Shown here piece by piece: positions 40,489 through 53,679 of a DNA stretch of 64,000 bases. The stretch comes from the human T2T-CHM13v2.0 reference genome, Homo sapiens. Position 1 is the stretch's first letter; every line of letters begins with the position of its first letter. Both the position numbers and the translations under genes were made by a program. Where the stretch lies: assembly GCF_009914755.1 (NCBI RefSeq), contig NC_060940.1. One strand, given 5' to 3'. The notes beneath the pieces are model-generated. The model saw nothing but the letters and a program-made list of their open reading frames with translations. It was not told the DNA's origin and did no database searches.

Positions 40489-43400
40489 AAGAGTGAGGCA
40501 CCCAATTGAAACAAAAGCTTATGAAAATCATAGTGAGGAAAGCTTTCTAGGGCGTCTGGAGGGGCTTCGCTACCTGGGGCATACTCTTTATGACAGTTCT
40601 CGGGATCACATTTGGGGTTGGGGGGGCATCAGGGGTGCGAGCTGGAGGGATCTAGGTCAAGGACAAATGCATTCCTCTCTCTGCTTGAAATAACAAATAA
40701 GCCGACTCACCAGAGAAGAATCATTAAAAATAATTTGCACAAGCTTTCGGTTGTGTGAGCTCTTTTTTGATACAATATTTCCTTCCATGATTATCACTGC
40801 GGACATGTCCCAGCCATATGGAAGTGAGCTGGGCTGGGAGCTTCCACAATACCTGAGTGGTTAATTAAGAGCCGTTGCCCGGCCACAAGAAGCAGGTTTG
40901 AAATCCCTCTTCAGTCTCCGACAATGAGTAGCTTTTTTAGCAGCAGAAGTCACCAGGGACAGCCAGAAGCGAGGGTAATTATTTGAGATAACATACAGCT
41001 GAAGAGAGTGTGTGTGAGTGCAGAGAGGGGCGGGGGATCTGGGGGGAGCAGTGTGCAGTTGAAAGAAGGGCAACAGTAGAGAAAAGTCTATAATAAAAAG
41101 GTCAACATCTCCTATTTTTCTGTACAGTGTCGACAGTCTGTAATGCCTTTTTAGCATGAATGACAACGGATTCTGTCTTTTTTTTAAAAAGGGGAATATC
41201 TTATTTTGTATTCAAACTTTGCAATTGTGAGTTCAGGCCTGCCAGCTCCGTGTGAATAAGCTATTCTCACTTTATCAGGGTTTGCTGAACTGACTTTGAT
41301 TGCATTGTTGCAAAATAGCAGTAATTTTTCCATTAACCCATACAAACCCTCAGCGAGCAGGAGAACAAAGAAATATCAGAGGGATGAAAGCCATGGAGTG
41401 CCGGGAGGGAAGCCAGGAGTTTCCTAAATGGCTGTAAATGCAGCTGCACACACCAGCTTGGTAGCCTGGTGGGGGGCTCATGAGGGATGCCATTTTAGGT
41501 TCCCTTTGGGGTCCCTTGGGGTTTGAGTCCCAGTGGGCACCTTTCATCCTCTCTGCCAAATTCTATTGTTTCCTCTGTGTTAGGAGGTAAAGAAGGGTCC
41601 TGGGAAGCAAGGGGCTGGGTTTCCCTCCCTTCAGAGGGATAATAATTTTATCCTGTGTCTTACCCATGTCAGGGACCTCAGTCTTCATCTAGAACTCAAC
41701 TCAGGAATACTCAAAGCCCTTTCAGAATCCAGGCTTATATCAGAACACAGAGGGGCCTTCCTCTTCTCCAAAGCAGAGGCCAGGAGGCAAGAGCGAGAGC
41801 CAGTTCCTTTGGCCCCTGGAAGTGAGCAAAGAACTCCCAAACTCTCCTATCTGACATTCTGGCAGGTTCAGAGTTACCCCCACAGGCTCTTGGGGCAGGT
41901 GTGGTTGCTAGATTTCTGGTTCCAAGGTAGCAATGGGAGACTGTTGTTTTGCATAAGTAGAGCCGCACTCAGCACTCATGTATTGTTTTAATGATAGGAG
42001 GAAATTGAGGACAAACTGGGTCTTCCATTCTCTTCTCCATTCGCATGGAGTGCCTTTGGGAGCCTCAGATAGGGCTGGGATGCTGTGTTTCTGCAGGAAA
42101 ATCCCAAAGCCAACATATTGATGGTTACGTTGTTCAAATCAAAGCCTGCCTTTAAAAAAGAAATGTTGAAATGTCAAGAAGCGAAGCTCATTTATTTTGG
42201 TATGAGGCCGTCTGCCGTGGGACTGGGCAAAGAGCTAAGGTCTGCAACAGCTTTTGATCTCCCAGTCCCACACACAACCCCGCTCACACCGTGGCGGTTC
42301 CGGAATCCGCATCTCAGCTTTGTTTAGGAACTGCCCAATATGTTAATTTTCTCCTTTACCTCCGCGGCAGGGTACTGTCAAACCGTACACCAGTCTTTAG
42401 AAAATGAAAGCGGAGACGGTGCGCCCGCTGTACCCTGCTCCCTAATATCCAGTCCCTGACAATGCCTGAGCTGTCAGATGAGAGGCAGCGTCACCGGAAT
42501 AAAGGTGGGCAGATGTGTGGTAATGAGACAGAAGTGTGCAGATGCTAATAGAACTCCTCGCCAGAACAGGCCTGCCTTAGTTAGACGGGGCAGGCAGCAG
42601 CTGCAGACTGTCAGGAAACCCGGATGCTACTTTCTCTTGATTCTCATTTAAGAGCTGCTTGTGCACTGCGCCTGTCAGTGAACTTTTCCCTCTCAGGAGC
42701 TCCAACCCCTAGGTGATCAGTCACATTTCGACATAACTAGATGTCAAAAGAAGTTTAAGTTGTATGACGAACTGTGATGCAGTCACTGCCAGCCTCTGGC
42801 CTCCAAGGTGGCTTCTTAATGATCCTCCTGGAAACTCTGGCGCCTTTTCCTGCGTTTTGTTTTCTTATTAAAATACTAGCTAAGTCTTTGTCAATATCCA
42901 TGTCAGCAACTGTGAGCTCCAGACAATATTATCCCAAGCATAATTTAATTTTCAATGCAGAACTCAGACCCAAGCTGGCCGGGTAGCGGGAGGTATGTGT
43001 TAAGCAAACAGGAGCTCCCTTCGAACAGCACATTTTAGCATCATCCATTAAAATGAAGTCATTTGGGGATGTCTTGTCAGTCCCATTTGGGACATTGACC
43101 ATCACAGAGGGAAACCCAGGACTAAATGAGGGGTGTGTCACTGTGAGCTCTTCCCCAATCCCGGGCATGAGAGTGAAGCTAAGAATGAAAGATTGGACCC
43201 ATGAAAAGTGGTTCCAACCTGCAAAAGTCAGGAAACAGAAATAACCTGAGAATTGTCATCTCTCATTCCAGCAAAACCTTTGAACTCGAGTCTGAACTTT
43301 ATAAGGTCCGTACTGGCCCCTGGGAGCCCTGGGGTCCCTCGGATGGTGCACTTTGGTGATGGGTTGTAGGGACGTTTACCAGAGGGGGCCTGGGGGCACT

Positions 43401-43636
43401 CAGGCATAAGTGAGACGTGCCATTGCAGACGCAGTGAAGCCCACCAGCTCTCACCCTTCTTTGTGTGGCAGGCATTTTCTTGGAGCATTTAATTGGGTCG
43501 GGTCAGTTTGTTCTCTAAATATTTTCATCTTCTCCAGCCACTGTTTACATTTCCATTGGGAAAATAAATACTGCATGTCGCTTCTGCCTGCTATATTTTC
43601 TTAGAGATTTTAATCCCGATTCCTCATGAAAGGTTT

Positions 43637-43680
43637 ACACACACACACACACACACGCACACACACACGTGCACGCATAC
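43637..43680. repeat. (CA)n microsatellite
   Basis: acacacacacacacacacacgcacacacacacgtgcacgcatac. Confidence 0.95.
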
Positions 43681-44504
43681 TCCAACCCTGGTGTGAAGGC
43701 ACCGCAGTTCATAAAATGCTTTTCTTTCTTCTCTTCAGAGGCTGAAGGGATGTGCTAGGGAAACCTAATGCCGCGTTGACATAATGAAGCGTTGGGAGGA
43801 ATCTCACGTTTGACAGTTCTCAATCAGAGAACCAGCCAGTCTCATCCAGAATGTTCTAAGCCACCAACACTGCCTTTTTCATCTCTCCTCGCCCCCATCC
43901 CACACCCGCTGCCTCTCCCCAGTGTAGTTCTTCCATAACATCTCATAGACTGGCTGGTATGTGGCCACAGGCTCTCACATGAAACAAGGCTTCTCCCCTA
44001 GATCTGCTATTTAGTAGCCTGAAGCTCATTAGTACTTTGCTCCTTTACCCTGGAGTTTTAAATTTTTAAGCAGCTAGGATTCCTCTAAGAGGTCTTAACC
44101 TTATAATTTGTAATAACTTAGAGATCACGTATCTAAAGTGTGGGTTATTAAAAAAATGCTCCTTTTCCTTCGCCAGTCATTGATTTGCTTCCTCTTGCAG
44201 TCAGAGTGAGCGCTATTAAATCAGGAGATGGAAGATGCTCATTTATTTCTCCGTAGTAAAACACAAGCAATTATGAGACATTTCTTAACATAGATTGGTC
44301 TTGCTTAAAATGAAAGCCCCAGCTGTCAGAAGCAACTGTAGGGGCAGCAGAGATGAAAGAGGTGAGGAAGAGAAGGACCAGTGAGTCCAAGTCCATTGAA
44401 TGGGATAAGAATATCTGTGAACTTGAACCTTAGCCTTCCACCAAAATGTGAACAAATACATGCTGATTTCTGACTGTGCCGGGCTCTGCACTAAGCAAGG
44501 TGGC

Positions 44505-44700
44505 ATGGTAGAAAGCACATCATGGTTTGAATTTGGACCTATGAGCTGTTTAATCCTGGTCAAGTTGCTTAACCTCTCTGGGCTTCAGACCTTTCTCTCT
44601 ATTAAATAATAACAGAACCTGCTTCCTAAGTTTGATATGAACATCAAAGGAGATAGTATAAGTATGTCAATTATCCAGTGTCTTGCTGGAGGCCTTATAG
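44505..44700 (+). mobile_element. MIR SINE
   Basis: 'ggtcaagttgcttaacctctctgggcttcag'. Confidence 0.65.
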
Positions 44701-45569
44701 CTAACAATAGAAAAATCACCCTCCAGGCACAACAGGGAGAGTACATACATGGTTTTCACTTGGCCCTGGGCCCCAAGAACCTTACAGTCTTGAGGTGGGG
44801 CAAATGGGACACGCAAAAATAGGCCTCATTGTAATGTACAAGGAACCAGCATGAGAAGGCAGATTTCCTTTTACTTTCGCTGCTTAGAACAGGGCTGGGC
44901 TCCTGCTACACTGACTAAACTTTGTCTAAAAATTATCTAAGGACCACCTAATGTGTGTCGATGCTGCACATGTCAGATGTGTCAGCCTCTCCCAGTAATG
45001 ACTCTCTGACATAAACAGTAAGGAAGAAATATTACAATTACCGAGGGGTGCCAAAGCCAGGCATGCATTTTCATGAGAGGCTTTGGTGAACGGCGGCACG
45101 GCTCGGCCATCAGCTTTCCCTGCCTGCACAGCCGGCCAGAGAAAGCTTCTGTCCCTGCAAAGACAATTAAAATGGGTTAAATGAATTAAAAGGGCCCTCC
45201 CCTGTTAAAGTACAGTCAGAGGTTAGAAACAGTAGTATTTGGATTTATGGAAACGCCACAGCTGCCAAGCCTTAGGAATTGTGGGTCACAGGGGAGTCAT
45301 TTCAATGGTAACCTAAACAGCTTATGAAATTGAAGGCAATATGCATAATTTTACATTTCTGGGAGGCAGTTTTCATTCCCTTGTTTATTTTGGCTTCTTA
45401 AGTCAAGAGAAAAATATTTTCACCTAGAGTCAGATTGAGAGAGAGAGAGAGAGAGAGAAACTGCATTCTTGGATTCATTAAAACAATGCTACAACTGAAC
45501 AGGAATTTTTCCATTTCGAGACAATGGGAAGACCAGGCCTGGAGACAAGGTAGCAGAGGGAGGGTGTAA

Positions 45570-45790
45570 GATGCTTTGAAGCCCCATATCACCACTCACT
45601 GGTTGTGAATCACTTGCAAGGGACTTAACCACACTGTGACTTGGTTTCTTCATCAGTGAAATGGGGTCGATCGTTTCAACCATACAGTGTGGTTATGGTA
45701 ACTGAGATAAGGCCCACATAAGGCTTAGCCAGGTGTCTGCTGAAGTCAGAACTCTGCATGTCAGCTTTTATTGTTATTGATGTTATCGTT
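45570..45790 (+). mobile_element. MIR SINE
   Basis: 'ttggtttcttcatcagtgaaatgggg'. Confidence 0.6.
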
Positions 45791-48586
45791 ATCACCCTTG
45801 ACTCAGGAAGACAGGAAGTTTAACCATGAAGGTATGGGAGAACGAGGGCCTCGGGACCTCCACACTTTCCCGAGTACCAGATGTTGACAAGCCATGGGGC
45901 CCCCAGGGGGCTGAGTATTAAAGGCCTTGCTGCCGTTGTCCCAAACGTCCCCGTCCCCTGCACGTCCAGATCTGATCTCCCGGACTCTTGACTGATTCCG
46001 TCAATTTCATAAGAAATTCTATGGAGGCTTCTGACCGCGGGGGCGTAAGAATGCAGCCTCCCCCGTCCTCCTCCCGCCCCCGAGTTGAGTATGTGTACTC
46101 TCTCACCCATTACAGGCACAAACTCCATCAGAAAGCACTTGTCTACACCCTCTTTATTCACTTTCAAAGGGTTAAACAGCCTATTTACTGGGCTGTCAAC
46201 AATCCGAGGCCCAAATCGTGAAGAAAGCCCCGTCCAGTTTTGTGCGGCCAGAGGCCTTGTCTTTTCCTGGCCTGTTCTTGTTACTGTCATGTAATATCCA
46301 TGACAATCGTGTTGGGCTTTTTTGAGGGGCTCTATGGGGCTCAATCTGAGGGGCCACTTTAAGCCAGGAAAGGCCTTTATTTATGTGGATTTGAAAGAGC
46401 CTGGAGACGGTCCTTCCCCTCAGAACCCTCTTCAGCAGGTCACTGCGGTTTCAAAAGGATTTAAATGCGGAGGCTGCGATCAGTACTTCCATCACGTTCT
46501 AATAGACTGACATGAGCGTTTGTGTCTGAAAGACAGGGGAAAAACTGATGCAGATTTTCCCTAAATTGGACTGACGCACAATGCAGGGAGAGCAATTGAG
46601 TGCCGAGGAAACCCCTCACACCCTTTTTTACACTTCTAACCAGCGCCGCACAAAGAGAGAGCCGTGGGAAGCTGCCCAGGAGCCGGGCCGGGCCATTTCC
46701 ATGGGCCATATGGAAATTCTGTTTTGTGTACAGAGAAAGTGTCTGATAACAGTGACCTTAACTGCCATATGTGGGCAGTGAATAGACCAGAAGAAACCAC
46801 TCAGCAAGCTGACCCTCAACATATGGACTCTCCGCCCAAGGAGATTTTCATTGCCATCTCGTTGGCAACCCGGGGGATTTCATTAGATTTGTTAATGAAT
46901 TGCTCTATTGACTTATATCTGAGCTTGTCTCATTAGAGGAGAAGAACACAATTTTTTATCTATGTTTTCGCGAAGGGGACCAGAGCGTTCCTTCCTTTGT
47001 GGGGCGGTGGGTAATCTTCCAGGCTGTCATCGGCTTTGAACTAATTTATTGTGTCAGTTAAAGAAGGCCGTTCCGTGCTTGTGGAGGCTCGAGCCCGCTC
47101 CAAGCCTCTTGAAATCAATGTTTTCCTTGTGCGCGGGATGTTTTCTAGGCTCCTGCTTGGTTTACAAATAGTGGAACATGATGTTGTCCTGGTGTTGTGA
47201 GCCTTCAGGGTGCCGGCAGCAAGCTGATTCTGGGAGTCCCTGCAGCATTACCTGTCAGGAAGGGGCTTTTCAAGGCAGCTGTGAGCTTTGGGCAGCGGTT
47301 GCCCATCTGCCTTCCCCACCTACCACCAGTGGCTCGAGCAACGCGCCTTTGTCAACAAGCAGAGGGACTTTGTGTTGGAGCATGGCTGCCTGAAGCGCAC
47401 ACCCCTCTTCCCTGCCAAGTTGAGAATCCCACAGATCTTCCCATATTCGAGCCTTATTAGTAATGGCTTGATGGTTTGGGCTTCCCAGTGTTGGAAAGCT
47501 TGAGTTTTAAAGCCATAAGAGCTATCAATTAACATACTATTAGGGGTAAACCAATAAAGAACCCATTATGGCTAATAGTGAATGTGGAATCACGAGGAAT
47601 TAGCAAAATGAGATTCAATAAAATGGAAACCATAAAGATAAGCTTCTGAAGATTGGATCTGGCTTTTTGAGCTGAAGTCTCAAATAAACAAATGAATGAT
47701 ACCCACCAACATCTCTCATTGCTTCCTCTTTCCCATGCCTGCTAAGGACAGGCGAACTTTCTGAGTGGGAGCTAGGAAGAAAGCCGGTCCACACTGCAAC
47801 TCAGAGGTGGTTTATCCCACTGGGGAGGAAAGGAGGGAGAAAGCAGGTAATCTGTAGACTGTGCATCTGTTGGGCTCCATACTCCTGTAGGACCTCCTGT
47901 GATGGGATGTGGCATGGAAGTCCTCAAACTTGAGCACTGGCCGCTCTGACATGTATTCTTGACACATGGAGAACCCCAAAAGTTGGAAAAAGCAATAAAG
48001 CCTTCTATCAGTGTCACAGTGAAAACCCAGGACTCCCATAAGCCCCGCAGAAGCAGCAATGTCAGGGCAGGGATGCAGGGATGTTGCAGATGAGAGTGTA
48101 TCTCCTCCGAGGGCTGGTGGGGCTGGGGTCACTGTTTATCTTCTACTGAGTCTCAGGGTGGAAATTAAGTTCTCTGGTTTAGCTAAGCCCCCTTCAAGTG
48201 CTTCATAGCAGTGTGGAGATATGCTCTGTTGTGCAGAAAGAAAAGCTCATTAGGAATATTGGTACCCGTGGGAGGCTCAAAGATAGAGGAACCCCCACAT
48301 TGGGAGAAAAGGGTTCCACATCTGTTCTGGGCAAGACAAGTGTCCTTGGAAAGGGATCCTATAAGATCTGAAAATTTCTATATATGAGTATTGAATCCAG
48401 GGGGGCTATAAAGGAAGTACTAAAAGCTATAAGAGGATGAGGAAGAACGTGGCTAGATTTAGCCAAGCACACTGTCTTTATCAAGAGAGGATCATTGGGG
48501 TGCTTGCCTTGAGTGCATGCATGCTTGAGGTTGACTGTGGCTTTTATAATTGAAATACCACTTGGCTGTGTCCAAGTCCACTGGGC

Positions 48587-48950
48587 TTTTTTTCTTTTGT
48601 TGATACATAATATATACATATGGGGTGTATCTGAGTGTTTGTTACAAGCATAGAATGTTTAATGACCAAAGTATCATTTTAAGGTATTTGGGATATCTAC
48701 TACCATGAGCAATTATCGTTTCTATGTGTTGGTATCATTTCAAGTCCTCTCTTCCTGTGACTTTAAAATATACAAAATATTGTTGCTAAGTATAGTCACC
48801 CTAATCTGCTTTCAAACATTAGAACTTATTTCTTGTAGCTACGTGTGTGTTTGCATCCATTAATCAACTTCTTTTCATTGCCCATCCACCTTCTAAGTCT
48901 CCGGTATCTATTAATCATTCTATTTTCTATGTCCATGATGTCAAGTTGTC
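48587..48950 (-). mobile_element. L1MA-type 3' end
   Basis: 'ttgatacataatatatacatatgggg', 'tatagtcaccct...aacattagaacttatt'. Confidence 0.8.
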
Positions 48951-49599
48951 TTTTTTTATTTTAGTTTCTATTCACTTTTAATTTATGGATGCTCACATGA
49001 ATTATCACGTTATTGTCTCCCACATATTCCCAGACTCTACACACCTCAAAGGAAGAAAAGCTCCTTACCTATCTTTGTTTCCTCAGATCCCAGTACATAA
49101 TAGATGCTCAATAAGTGACTGTGGTATTATCGTGCACGTGACCTTGTCTGTTAGAGTTTAAACTCGATTTTAACAGAAGCCCAGAGCGATTGGAGGTTTT
49201 TGATATAGGTAGCAGTGGTTAACAGGACCTGACATGAACACACATCACTCCCAAGTATGGTGGGTTGGAGGATAAGGTTGGGGCTCCTGTTGAATGGTCA
49301 TGGTACCTGGTGCTGGACAGAGATATGCTGACTTAATAGGAAAAGTAGAGGTGGTGAGTAAACATGAATATTTTACACTCCTCCTAGTAGAAAAATTCAG
49401 ACCAGTACTTCTGCTGGGAGAGCGGGTGGCTAATGGAAAGGAACATGGTCTTTGATTTCAGGAAAACCACTGGAAAGTTCTGCAGGCTCCTTTCCCCTTG
49501 GGGATTTTTCTTCTTAGATGTGTGATTTTTAAGTTGATTCCTGGCACCAAACTCCCCCAAAGATTGGCATATTAAATTTTTTTGGAAAGATTTTTGCAT

Positions 49600-50070
49600 A
49601 CATCAGAGTCTTGGCAGTAAACAGATGGCACATTCAGAGGACTTGTTTGAAGAGTTTGGTGATGACATGATGTAGTGAGGTGGGGACGGGGCTAAAGGCA
49701 CCACCAAGGGATGCAGAGGCACTGGTAGGAAGGTGCTACCATCACTAAGCCTGCAGGGACAAGGACAGAGAGTGGTGCTGTGGAACCTGTTGTGAGTGTT
49801 GGCCATTGAAGAGGGTGCTCCATGGAGGTTCTGTGCCCAAGGGCAGAGCCCTGCATTGCTTGGCTACACCACTGACCAGAACTCAGTGAGGCTGGAGCGA
49901 CATCTCTCCTCCTCCCTGCCTCTGCTTTCCTCTTCATCCCTCCCACAGGCCAAGCCCAGCCAGAAGCCAGAGGCAAGGAGCCCGAGCGACGCAATCATCC
50001 ACAGACATCAGCCTCCCAGGTCCTGAGCTGAGCGGTCAACAGCAGTGTGTGGATCTACAGGGCCCTGATC
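49600..50070 (-). mobile_element. LTR33-like ERVL LTR fragment
   Basis: 'ggccaagcccagccagaagccagaggcaaggagccc...tcagcctcccagg...gtggatct'. Confidence 0.55.
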
Positions 50071-50089
50071 TACTCCAAGGGGAAAATCT

Positions 50090-50800
50090 TCCTCATTATC
50101 AAATAAACCAAATAATTAAAAAAACAAACTAAATAAATTCCATCTTTCTTCAATTAGATTTATAAGGATGGAAAAGTTTGAAAACAAATTCTATGGGTAA
50201 AGGTGTGTAGAGAAAGAGGCACCCTCATACATCATTGGTGAGATGGTAACAAGGACAACCTCTAAGAAGGCATATTGACAGCATCCATCAAAATCACAAG
50301 GGCACCCCCCCTTTTACAAAGAAACTCCACTTCCAGGAAGCCATCTTCCAGTTATTTTCAAACCTGGACACAATGCTATGCACACAAGGCTATTCATTAC
50401 TATATTGTGTGTACTGGCAGAACATTGGCACAAACCCAAACACCCATCTGTGGGGGACTGGTTAAATAAATCATGGTTCACCCACACAATGGAATACTAT
50501 GCAGCCATAAAAGAAGAATGAGGAGACTCTGTAATGATTTCTCATTAAGCATAAAAAGCAAAGTGTGGTCATTTGGATGAAAGGGTTGGAAGAGAAAATG
50601 GAGCCCTAGCAATACAATGTATTTTGGACCATGGATACACACGTGAAACTGAAGACACTGATCGGATCCAATAAGGGGATTGGGTGGCTGGGGAACAGCG
50701 TAGCAGGGAGGTTTCACTGGATGACCTTTTGGGTTTTGTATAGTAAAAGTATGTTTTACCTACTCAAAAATGAATAAAGTCAATGTGTTAAAAAAAAAAA
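50090..50800 (+). mobile_element. Old L1 (L1ME-like) 3' end
   Basis: 'ggttaaataaatcatgg...cacacaatggaatactatgcagccataaaa'; aataaa followed by an A run. Confidence 0.8.
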
Positions 50801-51509
50801 TCTTATTTAAAAGCTCTTGACCATCTTTGAGCAGTGAGAAATTTGTATGAAAAACTGGGTGTGCGAAGTGAAGGAGTCTGGGATGAGAAGCTTCCAGACT
50901 CCCAGGGGACCTACTGTGAACGCTGCTCCTTAGCTGAGGCTGCTCCTGCCTAGGACGTGAGGATCTATAAAACAGTAAAATAATGGAAAGGACAGATTAC
51001 TCACCCTGGAAGCTTTTTGGCTTTGAAATAGAATAGAAACAACCAAGGAATCCCTAGCCCACCCTCTCTCCTAGGATGTGTGTCATTGGAGAGGTGATGT
51101 TAAAGGTGGGAAAAGCCTCTGGGGGCTGCTACTGGGAACTTCCCCTCCCCTGTGTCCCCTTAAAACTCACTCATTCGAATCACCAAGTGGTGGTCTCTCT
51201 TTGTTTTATTCTGCCATGCCCCTTGAGCAACGACTTACATTGCAGAAGCTTTATTCCCTCCCTGCCACTGACCTTCAAGGTTGCAATCTCCTTATCACTG
51301 GATAAGAAAGAAAAGATAGCACGTTTCATCATGGTAGCAAAAATGAGAACACTTGTCTTTCCGCTATTTCATATCCACTCTTATCGCACACCTCCATCTC
51401 CTGCCTTTCCATGCCTGTGTCCTCTTGTCAGAGGCTGTTGCATTCTTGTTGGAGAAGAGAAGCAGACACATCCTAGGAGCACCACCAAGTGTGCCATGAT
51501 GGACCATAC

Positions 51510-52080
51510 TGAATAACCACCGTTGGAGTGCTCACTCCCCTTTGGCCACACTGGTCTTCTTGCTGTGTGTTCTTTGAGCTCAGCAAGGGGGCATCCTCTG
51601 TGATGCCTTGGTCCTGCTTGTTCCCTCTGCTTGGAATGCTCTTCCCTTTGGAAACAACATGTCACCTCCCTCAAACTCCTTCAGGCCTCTGCTTACATGT
51701 CACCCCCTTCCCCAACCAACCTAAAATGACAATCCCCCATTCCACAAAACCGATTTTACTTATTTATTTGCCCAATTATCTGCACATTATCTGGAATGTA
51801 AACCTCATAAGTGCAGGGATTTTTTTTTCCTGTATTGATTGCTGATGAACCCTCAGTACCTGGAAGAGTGCCTGGCACATTACCAGGCTCTGTATTTGTT
51901 GAATGACTAACCAAATGAGGTGTAGACCTTAATCTCACTATTTTTCTTGTCCCTTTACCTCTGCATCTCGATCTCTGGAAGATGAGCTCCTTCCACTGTT
52001 ACAATCCCAGAACCCACCATGATGCCTGGTGGCCTGCTGATGCTCTATACATGTTTTTGACTGAATAAATGAATAAAGTC
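51510..52080 (+). mobile_element. L2 3' fragments (two tandem ends)
   Basis: 'gtgcctggcacat...atttgttgaatga' and 'gaataaatgaataaa'. Confidence 0.75.
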
Positions 52081-52429
52081 TTTTTGTTTTGCAACCTTAA
52101 TCCCTGATGATTTTCACTCTGTGGATACAGGACTGGCATCAACCACACTCAAACACAGCAAAGGTCATGTAGGGTCCTTGGCTAACACTTCCTCTATTTG
52201 ATGTACCTAGTTTTGGTTTTTTAAACACATTTCAGTTTAGGATGTGTGAATGAAATGATGAGCACAGTTCTAGGGATTGGGGAATTGTAGGCAGTGTCTA
52301 GTTGAAGAAATAGTGTCTGAAAGGTTGACTTCAGGGACTTATCCCATTTGCTTTTGGATTGTGAAGTTAGGTTTTTCTTTGAGAAAAGTGGTTGCTATGA
52401 AGGATCTTGTTCATATGAGAAAGAGAAGC

Positions 52430-52680
52430 CCCCACTTGTTGACTGTGTACCCTTGTCAGGAACTGCACTAAGCACTTAATTATAATACATAAATTAATCT
52501 AAACAGCATGACAACACCATAGGATGGTTATTGCTTTTATACTCCATATGCAGGAAAGGTAACTGAGCTTTAGAAAGATGGAGATAGACATAATTTGCTC
52601 AACATCTTAGAGCTAGAAAGTGATAAAACTGGGGCTTAAATTGAAACCTGATCATCTCTAAATCTTCTGCTTAATCTAAA
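52430..52680 (-). mobile_element. MIR SINE
   Basis: 'ccatatgcaggaaaggtaactgagctttagaaag'. Confidence 0.55.
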
Positions 52681-52741
52681 ATGTCTCTCTGCCGTCATCT
52701 TACTAACAGTAATGCACTGAGTAGGTTTGTAGTAAGGTGAT

Positions 52742-53224
52742 ACATTGGTCAGGGTAAGCTGACTGCTAAGCTAAAAAATAACCCCCATCCCTGACTTCAG
52801 GGATATAACACCATAATTATTTATTTCTCATTCATGACATGATCCCCAAAGGGCCTGTGTGCTCTCTCTCTCTCACTCTGTGTGTGTGTCTGTGTGAGTA
52901 TATTCACTCTGCTCCATGCAGTCATTCAGAGATCCAGGCTCCTTCCTTCTAATGGCTCCCCATGCCTTAGGCCTTTGGAGTCCTATACTGAATTTTCTGC
53001 ATATATCCAGCAGGTGGAGGAACTAAGAGAGAAAAGAACTGGAAGCACTGGGGAAGTTTTATAATCCAGGCCTAGAAATGGTGTGCATCACTTCTGATCA
53101 CCCTCCTTTGGACAGCCCTTGTCACATGGCTGCCCCTACTACAAGGAAACTGGGAAATGTAGTCTATGTGCCCAGGAGGAAAAGAAGTATGCAATTTGGT
53201 GAACACAAAATTACCTCTGCCACA
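52742..53224 (-). mobile_element. MLT1 (J-like) MaLR LTR
   Basis: 'gcagtcattcagagatccaggct', 'gtcacatggctgccccta', ends 'ctctgccaca'. Confidence 0.75.
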
Positions 53225-53679
53225 GAAGAGCATGGACAAAGATGTTCCAGAACTGAGTTGTGCAATTAGGTCTTAGTTTTCCATCAATTTTTTTTTAAAG
53301 GCAGAGTTGTGAGTCAGCCAGAGCAGAAGATAATTAAACAACGACTTATACTGTAGAACCTCACTTGATCAGGATTCTCTGTTCATGTACCATTTTTGTT
53401 AACATGATATTTTGGTTAAATGAGGGGTAACCAAGAAGTCTTTGGTTTCAAATCGTTTTGCTGAAAATCTTTGCAAGATGTGGTGTTGCACGTTCCTGCC
53501 TCAGCAGAATGTTTTTTCAGTGACTGAGGATCTCCCAGGGCTTCTGGGTTGCCATTCTGAATAAACATCAAGCCTCAAGATGCAGGCTGGAGTGTGTGAA
53601 GGGAAGAGGAGGCCACACTGAATCAGCAGTGATTGGAAAATGTCTTCTTTGATTTTTTTGATCCTAATTTTTGTTATTG

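Larger units (their letters stand above)
37540..47700. promoter_or_regulatory. Candidate cluster of cis-regulatory (enhancer-like) elements
   Basis: Nearly repeat-free unique DNA with retained CpGs and dense TAAT/TGTCA motifs; function is inferred. Confidence 0.5.

Noticed and set aside
43715-43740. Strong-looking splice acceptor (pyrimidine tract + CAG); similar sites near 348, 9103 and 32978
   Set aside because: No paired donor or coding frame; such motifs are common without transcript evidence
45820-46344. Longest ORF (174 aa, minus strand)
   Set aside because: Non-ATG start, no recognisable homology; explained by local GC/CpG richness
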